DNA from: Candidatus Omnitrophota bacterium
Lineage (GTDB): Bacteria > Omnitrophota > Gorgyraeia > B26-G9
Reading direction: 5' to 3'
DNA: 64,000 nt
Assembly (NCBI GenBank): GCA_018817585.1
Contig: JAHITE010000048.1
Span: forward strand, 2,100-66,099
The position numbers and the translations under genes were made by a program. The notes beneath the pieces are model-generated. The model searched no databases, was not told the DNA's origin, and saw nothing but the letters and a program-made list of their open reading frames with translations. Within the stretch, counting starts at the first letter, position 1. Each line of letters starts with the position of its first letter. Below, in pieces: positions 27,484-37,577 of this stretch.

Positions 27484-27687
27484 AACAAGCAATAACAATT
27501 TAAATCAGCTAGTAGGTATTCAGCAAAAAATACAATAATCGCAATTTTTCCCAGACTTTGCGCGCTTAAAACCACCGCTAATCCGAGTATAATAATCGCC
27601 AGCATGCATGATTTAAGGTTATGAATGACAGGGGTTAAAGCTCCGGATAGTCTGATGAAAAACGAAATTAAAAAAATAGAGACATAG

Positions 27688-27735
27688 ACTATAGATTATA
27701 TTATACTATGGGCACAGTTTTAAAAGCTTGATTTA
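27688..27735. repeat. heptanucleotide-periodic repeat array
   Basis: atagaga catagac tatagat tatatta tactatg. Confidence 0.5.
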
Positions 27736-27767
27736 TTATGAAATTCACTTGATTAGAAGGAAGAATC

Positions 27768-29024
27768 ATGATTGCAACCGTTAAAAGAAACAGTCAAATT
27801 ATCTCTTGGGCAATGTATGATACGGCAAATCAGTTTTTTGTCTTAAACATTGTGTCTTTGTATTTTGTCCGCTGGCTGATTCTGGAAAAACATACCCCAG
27901 AGATTTTTTATGGCATTGCTTTTGGCATATCTACTTTTTTCATTGCTTTGCTAGCCCCGATTTTTGGTACAGTTGCTGATGTGCGCGGCAAGCATCGGCC
28001 TTTTCTTATTTTCTTTACTTTATTGTGTATATTTTTCACCATACTCCTGGGATTTACCAATGATGTTTTTTTTGCCTTGGTATTTTTCGGTATTGCTAAT
28101 ATCGGTTGTCAGGTAGCAACAATTTTTTATAATGCTTTAATGTTAAACATAAGTTCCCCGGGTAAGGTGGGGCTGGTCTCGGGTTTGGGAAAAATGTTTG
28201 GTTATTTTGGCGCGGTAATCGCATTGCTCTGCACTAAGCCGATCGTGCTTACTCATGGTTATCAGGCTTCTTTTTTATGGACTGGAATTTTATTTTTATT
28301 GTTTTCTCTGCCGTGTATGTTGTTTGTAAAGGACAGGGTTATTCCTTTAGCGCAGCAAAAAAAAATTTGCGTTAATCAACCGCAAGTTATTGAGATTTTT
28401 AAGCGGATGTATATAACTCTTTTTAAAAAAGATGAGTATGCTGCTTTGCGCGAATTTTTAAAAGCTGCTTTTTTTGGTTTGTGCGTGGTTAATGTAACAA
28501 TGCTATTTATGTCAATTTATGTGACCAAAGTATTTGGCTTAAATGACGCTGAAGTATTTAAGTTTGTAATTCTCGGTACTGTATTTGCTGTTATCGGCAG
28601 TATTTCTTCAGGGTTGATTAGTGATCGTATTGGCTGCAAACGAGCAATGATCTGGGTATTTTCTTTGTGGACTATTTGCTTGTTTGTGGCGGCTTTAGTC
28701 GTTCCTCCATATCATTGGATTATTGTTTTTCTCGCCGGGATAAGCTTAGGCTCTACCTGGGTTGTTTCGCGGGCATTTGTGGTTAATATTGTGCCCGAGG
28801 GAGCCGCGGGTGAAGCATTTGGCATGTTTAATTTTATCTGTTATTTGGCCGGCATAGTCGGCCCGATTATTTGGGGGGTGCTGCTGCTTGTCTTTAGCCG
28901 GTTTGAAGCATTGGGCTATCGGATAGCATTATTGTGTTTTGTGCCGCTATTAATCGCCGGATTTGTGTTCCTTTTAAGGATTCCGGAGCCAATCGAAACT
29001 AATAAGCAAATTATAGGAGAGTGA
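27768..29024 (+). CDS. MFS transporter
   Basis: 12 predicted TM helices; MFS-like loop motif GTVADVRGKHRP. Confidence 0.75.
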   Translation: MIATVKRNSQIISWAMYDTANQFFVLNIVSLYFVRWLILEKHTPEIFYGIAFGISTFFIALLAPIFGTVADVRGKHRPFLIFFTLLCIFFTILLGFTNDVFFALVFFGIANIGCQVATIFYNALMLNISSPGKVGLVSGLGKMFGYFGAVIALLCTKPIVLTHGYQASFLWTGILFLLFSLPCMLFVKDRVIPLAQQKKICVNQPQVIEIFKRMYITLFKKDEYAALREFLKAAFFGLCVVNVTMLFMSIYVTKVFGLNDAEVFKFVILGTVFAVIGSISSGLISDRIGCKRAMIWVFSLWTICLFVAALVVPPYHWIIVFLAGISLGSTWVVSRAFVVNIVPEGAAGEAFGMFNFICYLAGIVGPIIWGVLLLVFSRFEALGYRIALLCFVPLLIAGFVFLLRIPEPIETNKQIIGE

Positions 29025-29524
29025 TAATTATGGCTGTTAAAAAAATTCTATCATTTTCTCAATCAGAACATATTTTAAAAGCAAAATCAATTGCGGTGCA
29101 GGCCGATGATCCGCAGTTATCGGAAATAGTTCGGGATTTAAAGGATACTTTACTGGCTACTCCTAATGGTGTAGGGCTGGCTGCTCCGCAAATCGGATAT
29201 TTAAAAAGAGTATTTGTTTTGCGCAAAGATTATCTCGCTGATGATTTTGAGCCTGATTCAATGCTGGCTAAAAGCGAAGATCCGGTTTTAGTGTTTATCA
29301 ATCCTCAAATTATTTCTGAAAAGGGGCATTTGCATGAAGAGGAGGGCTGTCTGAGTGTTCCCTGCGCTTATGTGAAAATTAAACGTGCTCAGATTGTTAA
29401 AATTAGCGCTTTAAATGAAAATAAGCAACAATTTCAGGCTTGTTTAAAAGATTTGGCAAGTAGGGCGGTGCAGCAGGAAATCGATCATTTGAACGGAGTT
29501 TTAATCTTAGATCATATTGAATAA
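29021..29524 (+). CDS. def: peptide deformylase
   Basis: GVGLAAPQIG, EGCLSVP, QHEIDHLNG. Confidence 0.85.
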   Translation: MIIMAVKKILSFSQSEHILKAKSIAVQADDPQLSEIVRDLKDTLLATPNGVGLAAPQIGYLKRVFVLRKDYLADDFEPDSMLAKSEDPVLVFINPQIISEKGHLHEEEGCLSVPCAYVKIKRAQIVKISALNENKQQFQACLKDLASRAVQQEIDHLNGVLILDHIE

Positions 29525-29634
29525 ATTTTAAGTATTTAATGCTTGAACAAAAATGCTTAATATTATATAGTAAAAAGATATGTAGGACTTATTAAGGATA
29601 ATATTTAAACAATTTCAAGAAGATAGGTAAGGCA

Positions 29635-30312
29635 ATGAAAGAGCAAAGAGGTTATGTGCGTTTAGATGTTGACGCGCATGCAAGGTATTTAATCAAAGGG
29701 AATAATGATGCTCCAGATATGGTTAGTTTAGAAGATGTTGGCTGTAAGGGTATAAGAATAATCAGCAATAAAAAGTTAACAGAAAAAGATGTTTTGGATT
29801 TGGCGCTGACTATTCCCGGGGTTGAAGGTGATATTATTCTTGAAGGCAAGGTGGTTTGGCAAAGACAGGTAACCATGGATTTGCTTGATACTGGGATACA
29901 GTTTACCTATATTGATGACGCGAACAGAGAGAAACTTTTTTGCTTTATTGAAGAGTCAACCGGCAGGACAGTTGAACGCAGAGAATATGTTAGATGCGAT
30001 TTTAACGCTGAAATAAAATATAATTTGCTTGATCACCCTGAAGTAAAAAAGCAGTGTACTAGTGTGGATGTCTGTGCTCTGGGCTTAAAGGTTATGGCCA
30101 GTGAACATCTGGAGAAGGGAACTCTGTTGCGCGTGGAGTTTTCTTTACCTGGCCGAGCAGAAAAAATTATAGCTAAGTGTACAGTGGTTGCTTGGGTCAA
30201 AAAAAATGAACAAAGTCTATTTGAAACCGGTATTGAATTTCTGGAAATAAGCGATGCGGCTAAACAGGAAATCGAAAAATATGTTGAAGCTAAGTATAAA
30301 GATAATAAATAA
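29635..30312 (+). CDS. tandem PilZ-domain protein (c-di-GMP receptor)
   Basis: RGYVRL...DVGCKGI and RREYVRC...DVCALGL (RxxxR / DxSxxG-like). Confidence 0.65.
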   Translation: MKEQRGYVRLDVDAHARYLIKGNNDAPDMVSLEDVGCKGIRIISNKKLTEKDVLDLALTIPGVEGDIILEGKVVWQRQVTMDLLDTGIQFTYIDDANREKLFCFIEESTGRTVERREYVRCDFNAEIKYNLLDHPEVKKQCTSVDVCALGLKVMASEHLEKGTLLRVEFSLPGRAEKIIAKCTVVAWVKKNEQSLFETGIEFLEISDAAKQEIEKYVEAKYKDNK

Positions 30313-30344
30313 AACAAAGAATAGATACGCGCAGTTTTACGAGT

Positions 30345-30548
30345 TTGATCGGTAAGAAATTGTTGTATCAATCCAAAATTAAGCTTATTGAAATATTATT
30401 TAGCGTGGCTTGTGTGGACAGGGAATTGGATATTAAAGAATTGGAAGCTATTCGCAAGATCGCTAATTTGTTTAATGTTAGTCATAAAGATTTTATTGAT
30501 GCTAAAATTAAAGTTAAGCAGGCTTTTGAGCTGAAAACTGTTGAGTGA
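30345..30548 (+). CDS. small TerB-like/DnaJ-like hypothetical protein
   Basis: IEILFSVACVDRELDIKELEAIRKIANLF; likely TTG start. Confidence 0.3.
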   Translation: MIGKKLLYQSKIKLIEILFSVACVDRELDIKELEAIRKIANLFNVSHKDFIDAKIKVKQAFELKTVE

Positions 30549-30556
30549 TCTAATCT

Positions 30557-30823
30557 ATGTTGAGAAAAATCGCTTTAATTGCTTCAATTATATTACCTTT
30601 GTGGAATATCCCATTGATATACAGAATGATTAAACGAGGATCTTCAAAAGACATAAGTCTTTATTGGGTTTTTGGGGTATGGATTTGTTTTTTATTAATG
30701 TTTCCCGCTGCTATGTCTTCCCCGGATATGGTTTGGAAAACATTTAATATTACGAATATGGTATTATTCAGCGCGGTGGTAATAACCGCTGTTATTTTAA
30801 GAATGCCGAGGAACAAGAAATAA
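30557..30823 (+). CDS. small membrane protein
   Basis: Three hydrophobic helices. Confidence 0.35.
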   Translation: MLRKIALIASIILPLWNIPLIYRMIKRGSSKDISLYWVFGVWICFLLMFPAAMSSPDMVWKTFNITNMVLFSAVVITAVILRMPRNKK

Positions 30824-30825
30824 GG

Positions 30826-31347
30826 ATGTTGGATATGGATTTTAGCCAAGCAATTTGCAATCGGACTAGCATCAGAAAATATAAATCAGCAGAGATTAGC
30901 CGTGTGATCTTGGAGCAGCTAGTTAATGCTGGCCGTAGAGCGCCCAGCGCTAGGGCGGTTGAACCGTGGGAATTTGTTGTGGTTCAAAGCCCGCAAACCC
31001 TGCGCGAATTATCTGAAATAGCGGCAAATGGTAGTTTTATTCAATATGCTCAAGCAGCAATTATTGTGTTTTGCCGAAAGACAAAATATTATTTGGAAGA
31101 TGGGTGCGCGGCAACAGAAAATATTCTTTTAGCTGCCGCGGCTCAGGGCATCGGGGCTTGCTGGATAGCTGGTGATAAAAAAGAATATGCCAGCCAGGTG
31201 TCTGAGATGTTCAGAGCAAGTGGTTTGCAGTTGGTGAGCATTATTTCTTTAGGTATTCCGGATGAAATAAAGGCGCAATCAAAGAAACGTTCTTTGGATA
31301 ATGTGATTCATTGGGAGTTTTTTAAAAAAAAGGAGAGTAGCGAGTGA
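30826..31347 (+). CDS. nitroreductase family protein
   Basis: RTSIRKY, PSARAVEPWEFVVV, GACWIAG. Confidence 0.75.
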   Translation: MLDMDFSQAICNRTSIRKYKSAEISRVILEQLVNAGRRAPSARAVEPWEFVVVQSPQTLRELSEIAANGSFIQYAQAAIIVFCRKTKYYLEDGCAATENILLAAAAQGIGACWIAGDKKEYASQVSEMFRASGLQLVSIISLGIPDEIKAQSKKRSLDNVIHWEFFKKKESSE

Positions 31348-31519
31348 ACTGCAGTATTTGGGTTAAGCTGTTGATTGTTATCTGGACATTTGTGGGTTTA
31401 GGCCTTTCCTGCTATTTAATTGGCTTTCCGATTTTTATGAAAAAGAATATTTCAGTTATTGTGAAATTGCTTGAGCGTATTGCTGATGGACAGGACCGCA
31501 TAAATAACAAGGAGTAATT

Positions 31520-32203
31520 ATGAAAGAGAGAAGAAAATTTGTTAGGGTTAAAGGTTTATCAGAAGTAAGTTTCAAGGTTAAGGATGGGATTGAAGGAAAA
31601 CGCAAGATCGCGGTGAAGGATCTAAGTTTTATCGGCATAAATGTATATACTGATGTTGTGTTAAAAAATGGAGTTATTGTAGAGCTTGAGCTGGATATTC
31701 CCGATGGTTGCAGGCCGCTCCCTATTGAAGGCACCATACTTTGGCAGTTACCAGGGCGGAATAATCGTTTTGCCACGGGGGTAAGGTTTAATCATACTAA
31801 TGATTCAGATAATAAGCGTTTGTCAAAGTTTATATATGATTGTGCCAGCCGGGTGGATGAAACACGCGAGTTTATTCGCTGTAATGTGAAGACAGCTATT
31901 ATTGGAAGTTATTTGGCTAATTCTCAAAAAAAAATTAATGGCTCAAGCATTGATATCAGTCGTGCCGGGATGAAACTTATTCTCGAGCAGGAGGTTGCTT
32001 CTGAGGATAGCTTGGTACTAAACTTTAAGCTGCCAGGTGTTCATCAGCAGATAGAACTTGAAGCAAAAGTTGTTTGGGCTAATAAATGCGAAAATAAAGA
32101 TAATTTTGAGGCAGGATTATTATTTACAAAATTAAATGAAACTTCGAAGTCTGGTATTTGGGCGTTTATTGAAGATTATTGCCGATTAAAGAGAGATGAA
32201 TAA
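31520..32203 (+). CDS. tandem PilZ-domain protein, paralog of 29635..30312
   Basis: RRKFVRV...DLSFIGI and TREFIRC...DISRAGM. Confidence 0.65.
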   Translation: MKERRKFVRVKGLSEVSFKVKDGIEGKRKIAVKDLSFIGINVYTDVVLKNGVIVELELDIPDGCRPLPIEGTILWQLPGRNNRFATGVRFNHTNDSDNKRLSKFIYDCASRVDETREFIRCNVKTAIIGSYLANSQKKINGSSIDISRAGMKLILEQEVASEDSLVLNFKLPGVHQQIELEAKVVWANKCENKDNFEAGLLFTKLNETSKSGIWAFIEDYCRLKRDE

Positions 32204-32765
32204 AAAAGGGGGCGGGATGAAAAAAAAGATTATTTTAGGAATTATAATTGGCTTGTTTATGGCCACAAATGTGATGGCTCAAGAGAAAGCGGAGGCTAAG
32301 AACATGGTTGTATTTGAAACAACACAGGGGATTATTGAAATTAAATTAAAAGACGATATCGCGCCTAAAACCTGCGAGAATTTTCGCGGTTTAGTTGAAA
32401 AAGGATATTATGATGGAATTGTATTTCACAGAGTTATCAAGGATTTTATGATCCAGGGCGGAGATCCTACGGGAACTGGCCGCGGCGGTGAGTCAATCTG
32501 GGGAAAACCTTTTGCTGATGAAGTGGCCAAGGATGTGGCCTTTGATAAAAAGGGAATATTAGCAATGGCAAATGCTGGCCCAAATACCAATGGCAGTCAG
32601 TTCTTTATTACTACAAAACCAACTCCCTGGCTTAATATGAAACATACTATTTTTGGTGAAGTAGTCACTGGTTATGATAGTGTGCAGAAAATCGAAAATA
32701 TTAAAGTTGGGCCAATGGATAAGCCGGTACAGGACCAGAAAATAATCAAAGCATATTTAAAGTAA
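32196..32765 (+). CDS. ppiB: peptidyl-prolyl cis-trans isomerase, cyclophilin type (secreted)
   Basis: [43 protein letters not shown]. Confidence 0.85.
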   Translation: MNKKGGGMKKKIILGIIIGLFMATNVMAQEKAEAKNMVVFETTQGIIEIKLKDDIAPKTCENFRGLVEKGYYDGIVFHRVIKDFMIQGGDPTGTGRGGESIWGKPFADEVAKDVAFDKKGILAMANAGPNTNGSQFFITTKPTPWLNMKHTIFGEVVTGYDSVQKIENIKVGPMDKPVQDQKIIKAYLK

Positions 32766-32810
32766 AAATATGATCATAGGCATCCAGTTTTTATTTTAAA
32801 ATGTGAGAAT

Positions 32811-33461
32811 ATGCTGAAAAATAAAGTTAAAAAACTATTCATTTTTGATTTAGACGGAACATTGGTTGATGCTTATCAGGCAATTAGCGCGAGTCTTAAT
32901 TTTTGTCGGAAAAAGTTTGGATATGAGCAGATAGCGTTTGATGTAATAAAAAGCAATATCGGCCATGGAGATAAAAATTTTGTTGCGCGATTTTTCCCGA
33001 GAAATGAGGTTGAAAAAGCTTTATCTTTGTATCGGGCGCATCATAAGGGTTCTTTAAAAACCCATGCTAAATTAAAGCCTTATGCTAAAATGATGCTTTA
33101 TAATTTAAAGCGTAGAAAAAAATTACTGGCTATTGCTTCAAATCGTCCGGCTGCTTATACTGATATAGTGGTTAAATCTTTGGGGATAAAAAAATACTTT
33201 GATTTTATTCTTTGCGCTGATGAAATTAATAGCTTAAAACCAAAGCCGAAAATTTTATTTGAAGTATTAAGGAAATTAGATGTTCAAATTCTGGATGCGG
33301 TTTATGCTGGGGATATGGCTGTGGATATGGATACTGCTCAGCGCGCTAAAATGGATGCGGTGTTTGTTGTCGGCGGATCGAGTACAGCGCGGGAAGTAAG
33401 CCAATTTAAAAATAAAATAATTGTAAAAGTTTTAAAAGATATTTGCAGCAAATTCCAATAA
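32811..33461 (+). CDS. HAD-family hydrolase
   Basis: FIFDLDGTLVD motif I; SNRP motif II; GDMAVDMDTAQRA motif III/IV. Confidence 0.7.
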   Translation: MLKNKVKKLFIFDLDGTLVDAYQAISASLNFCRKKFGYEQIAFDVIKSNIGHGDKNFVARFFPRNEVEKALSLYRAHHKGSLKTHAKLKPYAKMMLYNLKRRKKLLAIASNRPAAYTDIVVKSLGIKKYFDFILCADEINSLKPKPKILFEVLRKLDVQILDAVYAGDMAVDMDTAQRAKMDAVFVVGGSSTAREVSQFKNKIIVKVLKDICSKFQ

Positions 33462-33613
33462 ACTTTTTTAATTATTAAGCCTTGCTTGGAAAAATTTAAA
33501 ATGATCCTTTGTCTAAGGGTCTTTTTTTTATTTGATTTCTGGTTTTTATGGTATTCTATTGGTATAAAAGAATTTTATGGTTATTGGTTAAAATGAAAAG
33601 GCTGAGCAATAAT

Positions 33614-34369
33614 ATGAAAATAGCGCGGTTTATGTACAAACAGCAGGAGTTATGGGGAGTCTTAGTTGATAAATCAATCAGAGTATTAAAAACCGCTCCT
33701 TTTGCGGGCATTGAGTTTAGCCAGCAAGTTATTGATTTTAAACAGGTAAAATTGCTGGCTCCGACTGTCCCCCAGAAAATCGTCTTAGTTGGCTTAAATT
33801 ACAAAAATCATGCTAAAGAACTGGGGATGAAAATACCGAAACAGCCGATTATTTTTTTAAAGCCGGTAACAGCTTTGACTGGGCATCTGGATAATATCAA
33901 ATATCCGCTTGGGGTAAAGCAGCTTGATTACGAAGCAGAGTTGGCTTTAGTTATTGGTAAAAAAGCGCATAATATCCCGGAGTCAAAAGCTTTAACATAT
34001 GTTTTGGGCTATACTTGTTTAAATGATATTACTGCCCGGGATATTCAGAAAAAAGACGGGCAATGGACAAGAGCCAAATCTTTTGATACTTTTTGCCCTG
34101 TAGGTCCTTGGCTTGAAACAAGGATTAAAACAGATGATTTAATGATCAGCGCGTATCTTAATGGTAAGTTAAAACAGCATTCTTCAACCTCCCACCTTAT
34201 TTTTTCCATACCTTATCTAATTAGTTTTATTTCCCAAATTATGACTCTTTTGCCTGGGGATATTATTTCAACCGGAACTCCTCCGGGTATAGGCAGAATG
34301 AAGCCGGGCGACAGGATCGAGGTGTCTGTAGAAGGTATTGGGACTTTGCAGAACCAGGTTACGCGATAA
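33614..34369 (+). CDS. fumarylacetoacetate hydrolase (FAH) family protein
   Basis: GLNYKNHAKELG, YEAELALVIGK, GTPPGIG. Start moved to 33614 because a terminator hairpin plus T8 lies at 33517..33545. Confidence 0.75.
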   Translation: MKIARFMYKQQELWGVLVDKSIRVLKTAPFAGIEFSQQVIDFKQVKLLAPTVPQKIVLVGLNYKNHAKELGMKIPKQPIIFLKPVTALTGHLDNIKYPLGVKQLDYEAELALVIGKKAHNIPESKALTYVLGYTCLNDITARDIQKKDGQWTRAKSFDTFCPVGPWLETRIKTDDLMISAYLNGKLKQHSSTSHLIFSIPYLISFISQIMTLLPGDIISTGTPPGIGRMKPGDRIEVSVEGIGTLQNQVTR

Positions 34370-34478
34370 GTTTCAAGGATTAATTGACAGTATTGACTGT
34401 AAATTGTATACTGAAATAATCTCAAAAATATCCTAAGATTTAATATTTCTGTTTAAGCTAATCGAAAAAGGAGGAATA

Positions 34479-35285
34479 ATGCTTAAAAAAATTGTAATTG
34501 GTATTGTTGGGTTTTTACTGGTACTGGTTATTGTGTTTGTTGTCGGCAGGAATATGATTGTAAAAGCAGCGGTTACTACAGGGGTTAAAGTCGTAACCGG
34601 TCTTAATATGCAGGTTGAAAGCATGAATATCGGGCTGATGAACACATTGCTGGGGATCAATGGTTTGGTTTTATACAATCCTGCTGATTTTGAAGATAAG
34701 GTAATGATGGATTTGCCAGAGATTTATGTTGATTATGATTTAGGCGCTTTGCTGAAAAAGAAAGTGCGTTTAAGTGAAGTTAGGCTGAATTTAAAGGAGT
34801 TTATCATAGTAAAAAATAAAAAAGGGGTTTTAAATCTCGATTCTTTGACTGCTGTGCAAACCGCAAAAAAAACTGAGCCGGTAAAAAAAGATCAGCCAAA
34901 AGCAGCGCCAGCGGAGAAGCTGCAAATTCAAATTGATTTAATGAAGTTGAAAATCGGCAAGGTCATATACAAGGATTATTCTAAGGCCGGCGCACCTTCC
35001 ATCCAGGAATTTAATGTGAATATTGATGAACAGTATGAAAATATTACTGATCCAGAGGCGGTTGTCCGGATTATTGTGGTTAAGGCTTTGACTGATAAAA
35101 CGCTTTCTAGGTTAACTAATTTTAAACTAGGGTCTTTAACGGATAGTCTTCAGGGAACAGTAAAAGACGCGGGTAAACTGGTAGGAGATATTGCCGGAGA
35201 TGCTTTAAATGTCGGGGGAACAACCACTGATGCGGTAAAAAACACAACAAAAAAACTTAAGAGTTTATTACCATTTGGTAAATAA
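34479..35285 (+). CDS. hypothetical membrane-anchored protein (AsmA/DUF748-like N-terminus)
   Basis: N-terminal TM; low-complexity C-terminus. Confidence 0.35.
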   Translation: MLKKIVIGIVGFLLVLVIVFVVGRNMIVKAAVTTGVKVVTGLNMQVESMNIGLMNTLLGINGLVLYNPADFEDKVMMDLPEIYVDYDLGALLKKKVRLSEVRLNLKEFIIVKNKKGVLNLDSLTAVQTAKKTEPVKKDQPKAAPAEKLQIQIDLMKLKIGKVIYKDYSKAGAPSIQEFNVNIDEQYENITDPEAVVRIIVVKALTDKTLSRLTNFKLGSLTDSLQGTVKDAGKLVGDIAGDALNVGGTTTDAVKNTTKKLKSLLPFGK

Positions 35286-35320
35286 TCTGATTTTATTAAA
35301 CGGAATAAGGCATATTAAAA

Positions 35321-36046
35321 ATGAAGAAAACTATTTATTTAGGATTGTTTGGGATTATTTTTGTCAGTTTAGCTATGGATGCTCATGCCGAAGATATCTG
35401 GAAGCGGGAATTATCGCTTGGTTTTAGTAAGGCAACAGGAAATACTCAGAATTCGCTATTAACCGGAGCGGTGGAAGCGGATAAGAAAACTGAATCAGAT
35501 GAGGTTACTCTAAAAGCAAGCACTTTATATTCTTCCCAGAATAAAAAAATGGATGGGCAGAAACATAATGCCTCCGCGCGTTATGCTTTAAATTTTGTCG
35601 ATAATCCCTGGTATGCTTTTTACAAATTTTCCGTGGAGCATGATAAATTTTCTAATATTGATTACAGAATGCTGCCTATCGCGGGTATTGGTTATTGGTT
35701 TTCTGACACAGAAGATTGGAAGGCAATGGCAGAAGTTGGTTTTGGCTTAGAGCATATTAATTATACTGATAGCACCAAAGAAAGAACGGACGCGATTCTT
35801 GTACCGCGGGTTTTTTGTGAAAAAACAGTTTTTGAAAAAGCAAAGCTTTCTCAGGATATTACCGCGTATCCTAATCTGGAAGAAAGTGATGATTTTCGGA
35901 TTGTAGCAGAAACAAGATTTACCAATCCTTTAAGTGATAATATGTCTTTAAGATTTAGCTTTATTGATGAGTTTAATGCTAATCCAACTGGTGAGGCTAA
36001 GAAAAATGACACCAGAACGGTTTTATCGCTAATCTATTCTTTCTAA
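35321..36046 (+). CDS. DUF481-like outer membrane beta-barrel protein
   Basis: Signal peptide; alternating beta-strand pattern; C-terminal aromatic residue. Confidence 0.5.
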   Translation: MKKTIYLGLFGIIFVSLAMDAHAEDIWKRELSLGFSKATGNTQNSLLTGAVEADKKTESDEVTLKASTLYSSQNKKMDGQKHNASARYALNFVDNPWYAFYKFSVEHDKFSNIDYRMLPIAGIGYWFSDTEDWKAMAEVGFGLEHINYTDSTKERTDAILVPRVFCEKTVFEKAKLSQDITAYPNLEESDDFRIVAETRFTNPLSDNMSLRFSFIDEFNANPTGEAKKNDTRTVLSLIYSF

Positions 36047-36072
36047 TAACTGGTTAAAGGTATTTAAGAAAA

Positions 36073-36894
36073 ATGGCACAGGAAAAACAGGATTTTAAAT
36101 ATATTTATGGGCCAGTTAGTTCTTGGCGATTGGGCCGATCACTGGGGGTTGATCCGATTGCCCAGAAGCATAAAGTGTGTTGTTTTGACTGTGTATATTG
36201 TCAGGTAGGCAGGGAAAAACCAGTTATTGCTAAAAGACGGGTTTTTATAGACGCTGATAATATAATTGCCGAGATAAAAACGCTGCCTGAAGTAATAATC
36301 GACTGCATTACTTTATCCGGCACCGGAGAGCCGACATTAGCGGCTAATCTCGGACGGCTTATTCGAGCAATAAAAAAAATAAGACCAGAACCCGTGGCTG
36401 TGATTACGAATTCCGTTCTTCTTGGGCAAAAAACAGTAAGAGATCAATTACTGGAAGCTGATATCATAATGGCGAAGCTTGATGCTAGTACGAATGATGT
36501 ACTTATAAGTGTGAATAATCCTTATAAAAATATCACTGCTTTGAAAATTATAACTGGTCTTAAAAAACTGCGTAAAGTATATAAAGGAACATTAGCTTTA
36601 CAAATAATGTTTGTAAAGGAAAACCAGCATATTGCTGAAGAAATAGCTTTATTAGCTAAAAAAATAAAAGCAGATAAGATATATATTAATACGCCTTTGC
36701 GGGCCTCTGAGTGTAAGCCTTTGTCAAAAGCGCAGATTTTACAAATCAAAAAGGTTTTTCTTTCCCATGGATTACAGGCGCAATCTGTTTATGATGTGAA
36801 AAAGGAAAATGTGCTGGCGATTAATACTGCGCAAACCCGCAGAGTGCGAAGATTGTATAATTCTAAGAAAAAACGTGTTTTTAAAAGGCGCTGA
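36073..36894 (+). CDS. radical SAM protein
   Basis: CCFDCVYCQ (Cx3Cx2C); SGTGEP. Confidence 0.7.
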   Translation: MAQEKQDFKYIYGPVSSWRLGRSLGVDPIAQKHKVCCFDCVYCQVGREKPVIAKRRVFIDADNIIAEIKTLPEVIIDCITLSGTGEPTLAANLGRLIRAIKKIRPEPVAVITNSVLLGQKTVRDQLLEADIIMAKLDASTNDVLISVNNPYKNITALKIITGLKKLRKVYKGTLALQIMFVKENQHIAEEIALLAKKIKADKIYINTPLRASECKPLSKAQILQIKKVFLSHGLQAQSVYDVKKENVLAINTAQTRRVRRLYNSKKKRVFKRR

Positions 36895-36912
36895 AAAAAA
36901 GGACAATAGGTT

Positions 36913-37149
36913 ATGCCGATATATGAATATGAATGCAGTGATTGTAAACAGACAAGTGAATTTCTGCTGGGAGTTTCTCAGTCTAAGGTTGAAATAAAAT
37001 GTGTTCATTGCGGCAGTAAAAAACTTCAGAAAAAAATATCCAGTGGTTTTATTTCGACTGGTTCTAAATCAAAGCAGGATTTTTGCGCTCAAAAAGGCCC
37101 GTGTCAGGCATCGCCTTCATGTATGTTTGGCAACGGTTGTCATTCATAA
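36913..37149 (+). CDS. FmdB-family zinc-ribbon protein
   Basis: MPIYEYECSDCK...CVHCGS. Confidence 0.7.
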   Translation: MPIYEYECSDCKQTSEFLLGVSQSKVEIKCVHCGSKKLQKKISSGFISTGSKSKQDFCAQKGPCQASPSCMFGNGCHS

Positions 37150-37247
37150 TCCCACCCGTTGCGAACAAAGAAACTCTCTTGACAAATTCCCAATCCTCAA
37201 GTATTATTAATATGTAATTTCATACTTTTCATACTTATTTAAGCGTT

Positions 37248-37514
37248 ATGCTTAAGGAGATTGTGATGAAAGATTCACCCGAAGTATTTGGAACTGTGAC
37301 TGTCGGCCAAAGAGGCCAGGTGGTTATTCCGATGAAAGCAAGAAAAGCGCTTAAGCTTAAAGCCGGGGATCAGCTGATTGTTATGTCCGGACCTCCGGGC
37401 AAAAGTGAGATTATCAGTTTTATTCCCGCTAAGAGTCTGGCCGGTTTCTTAAGACATTTTGAAATCCGGATCGAAGCTCTGAAAAAAGAGCTTTCCAAAC
37501 AGGAAAAGAAATGA
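37248..37514 (+). CDS. AbrB/MazE/SpoVT-type DNA-binding protein
   Basis: GQVVIPMKARKALKLKAGDQLIV swapped-hairpin motif. True start is possibly Met 37266. Confidence 0.5.
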   Translation: MLKEIVMKDSPEVFGTVTVGQRGQVVIPMKARKALKLKAGDQLIVMSGPPGKSEIISFIPAKSLAGFLRHFEIRIEALKKELSKQEKK

Positions 37515-37577
37515 TTTTGGCAAACTGGCTGGTTATTAACTTAAATGTATTCCTAAATAAGGGAAATAAAACTATAT

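Noticed and set aside
27540-27690. Possible C-terminal remnant of a membrane protein gene on the minus strand upstream of the MFS gene
   Set aside because: It is less than 60 codons and has no start or SD. The similarity is only compositional, so it is not reported as a pseudogene.
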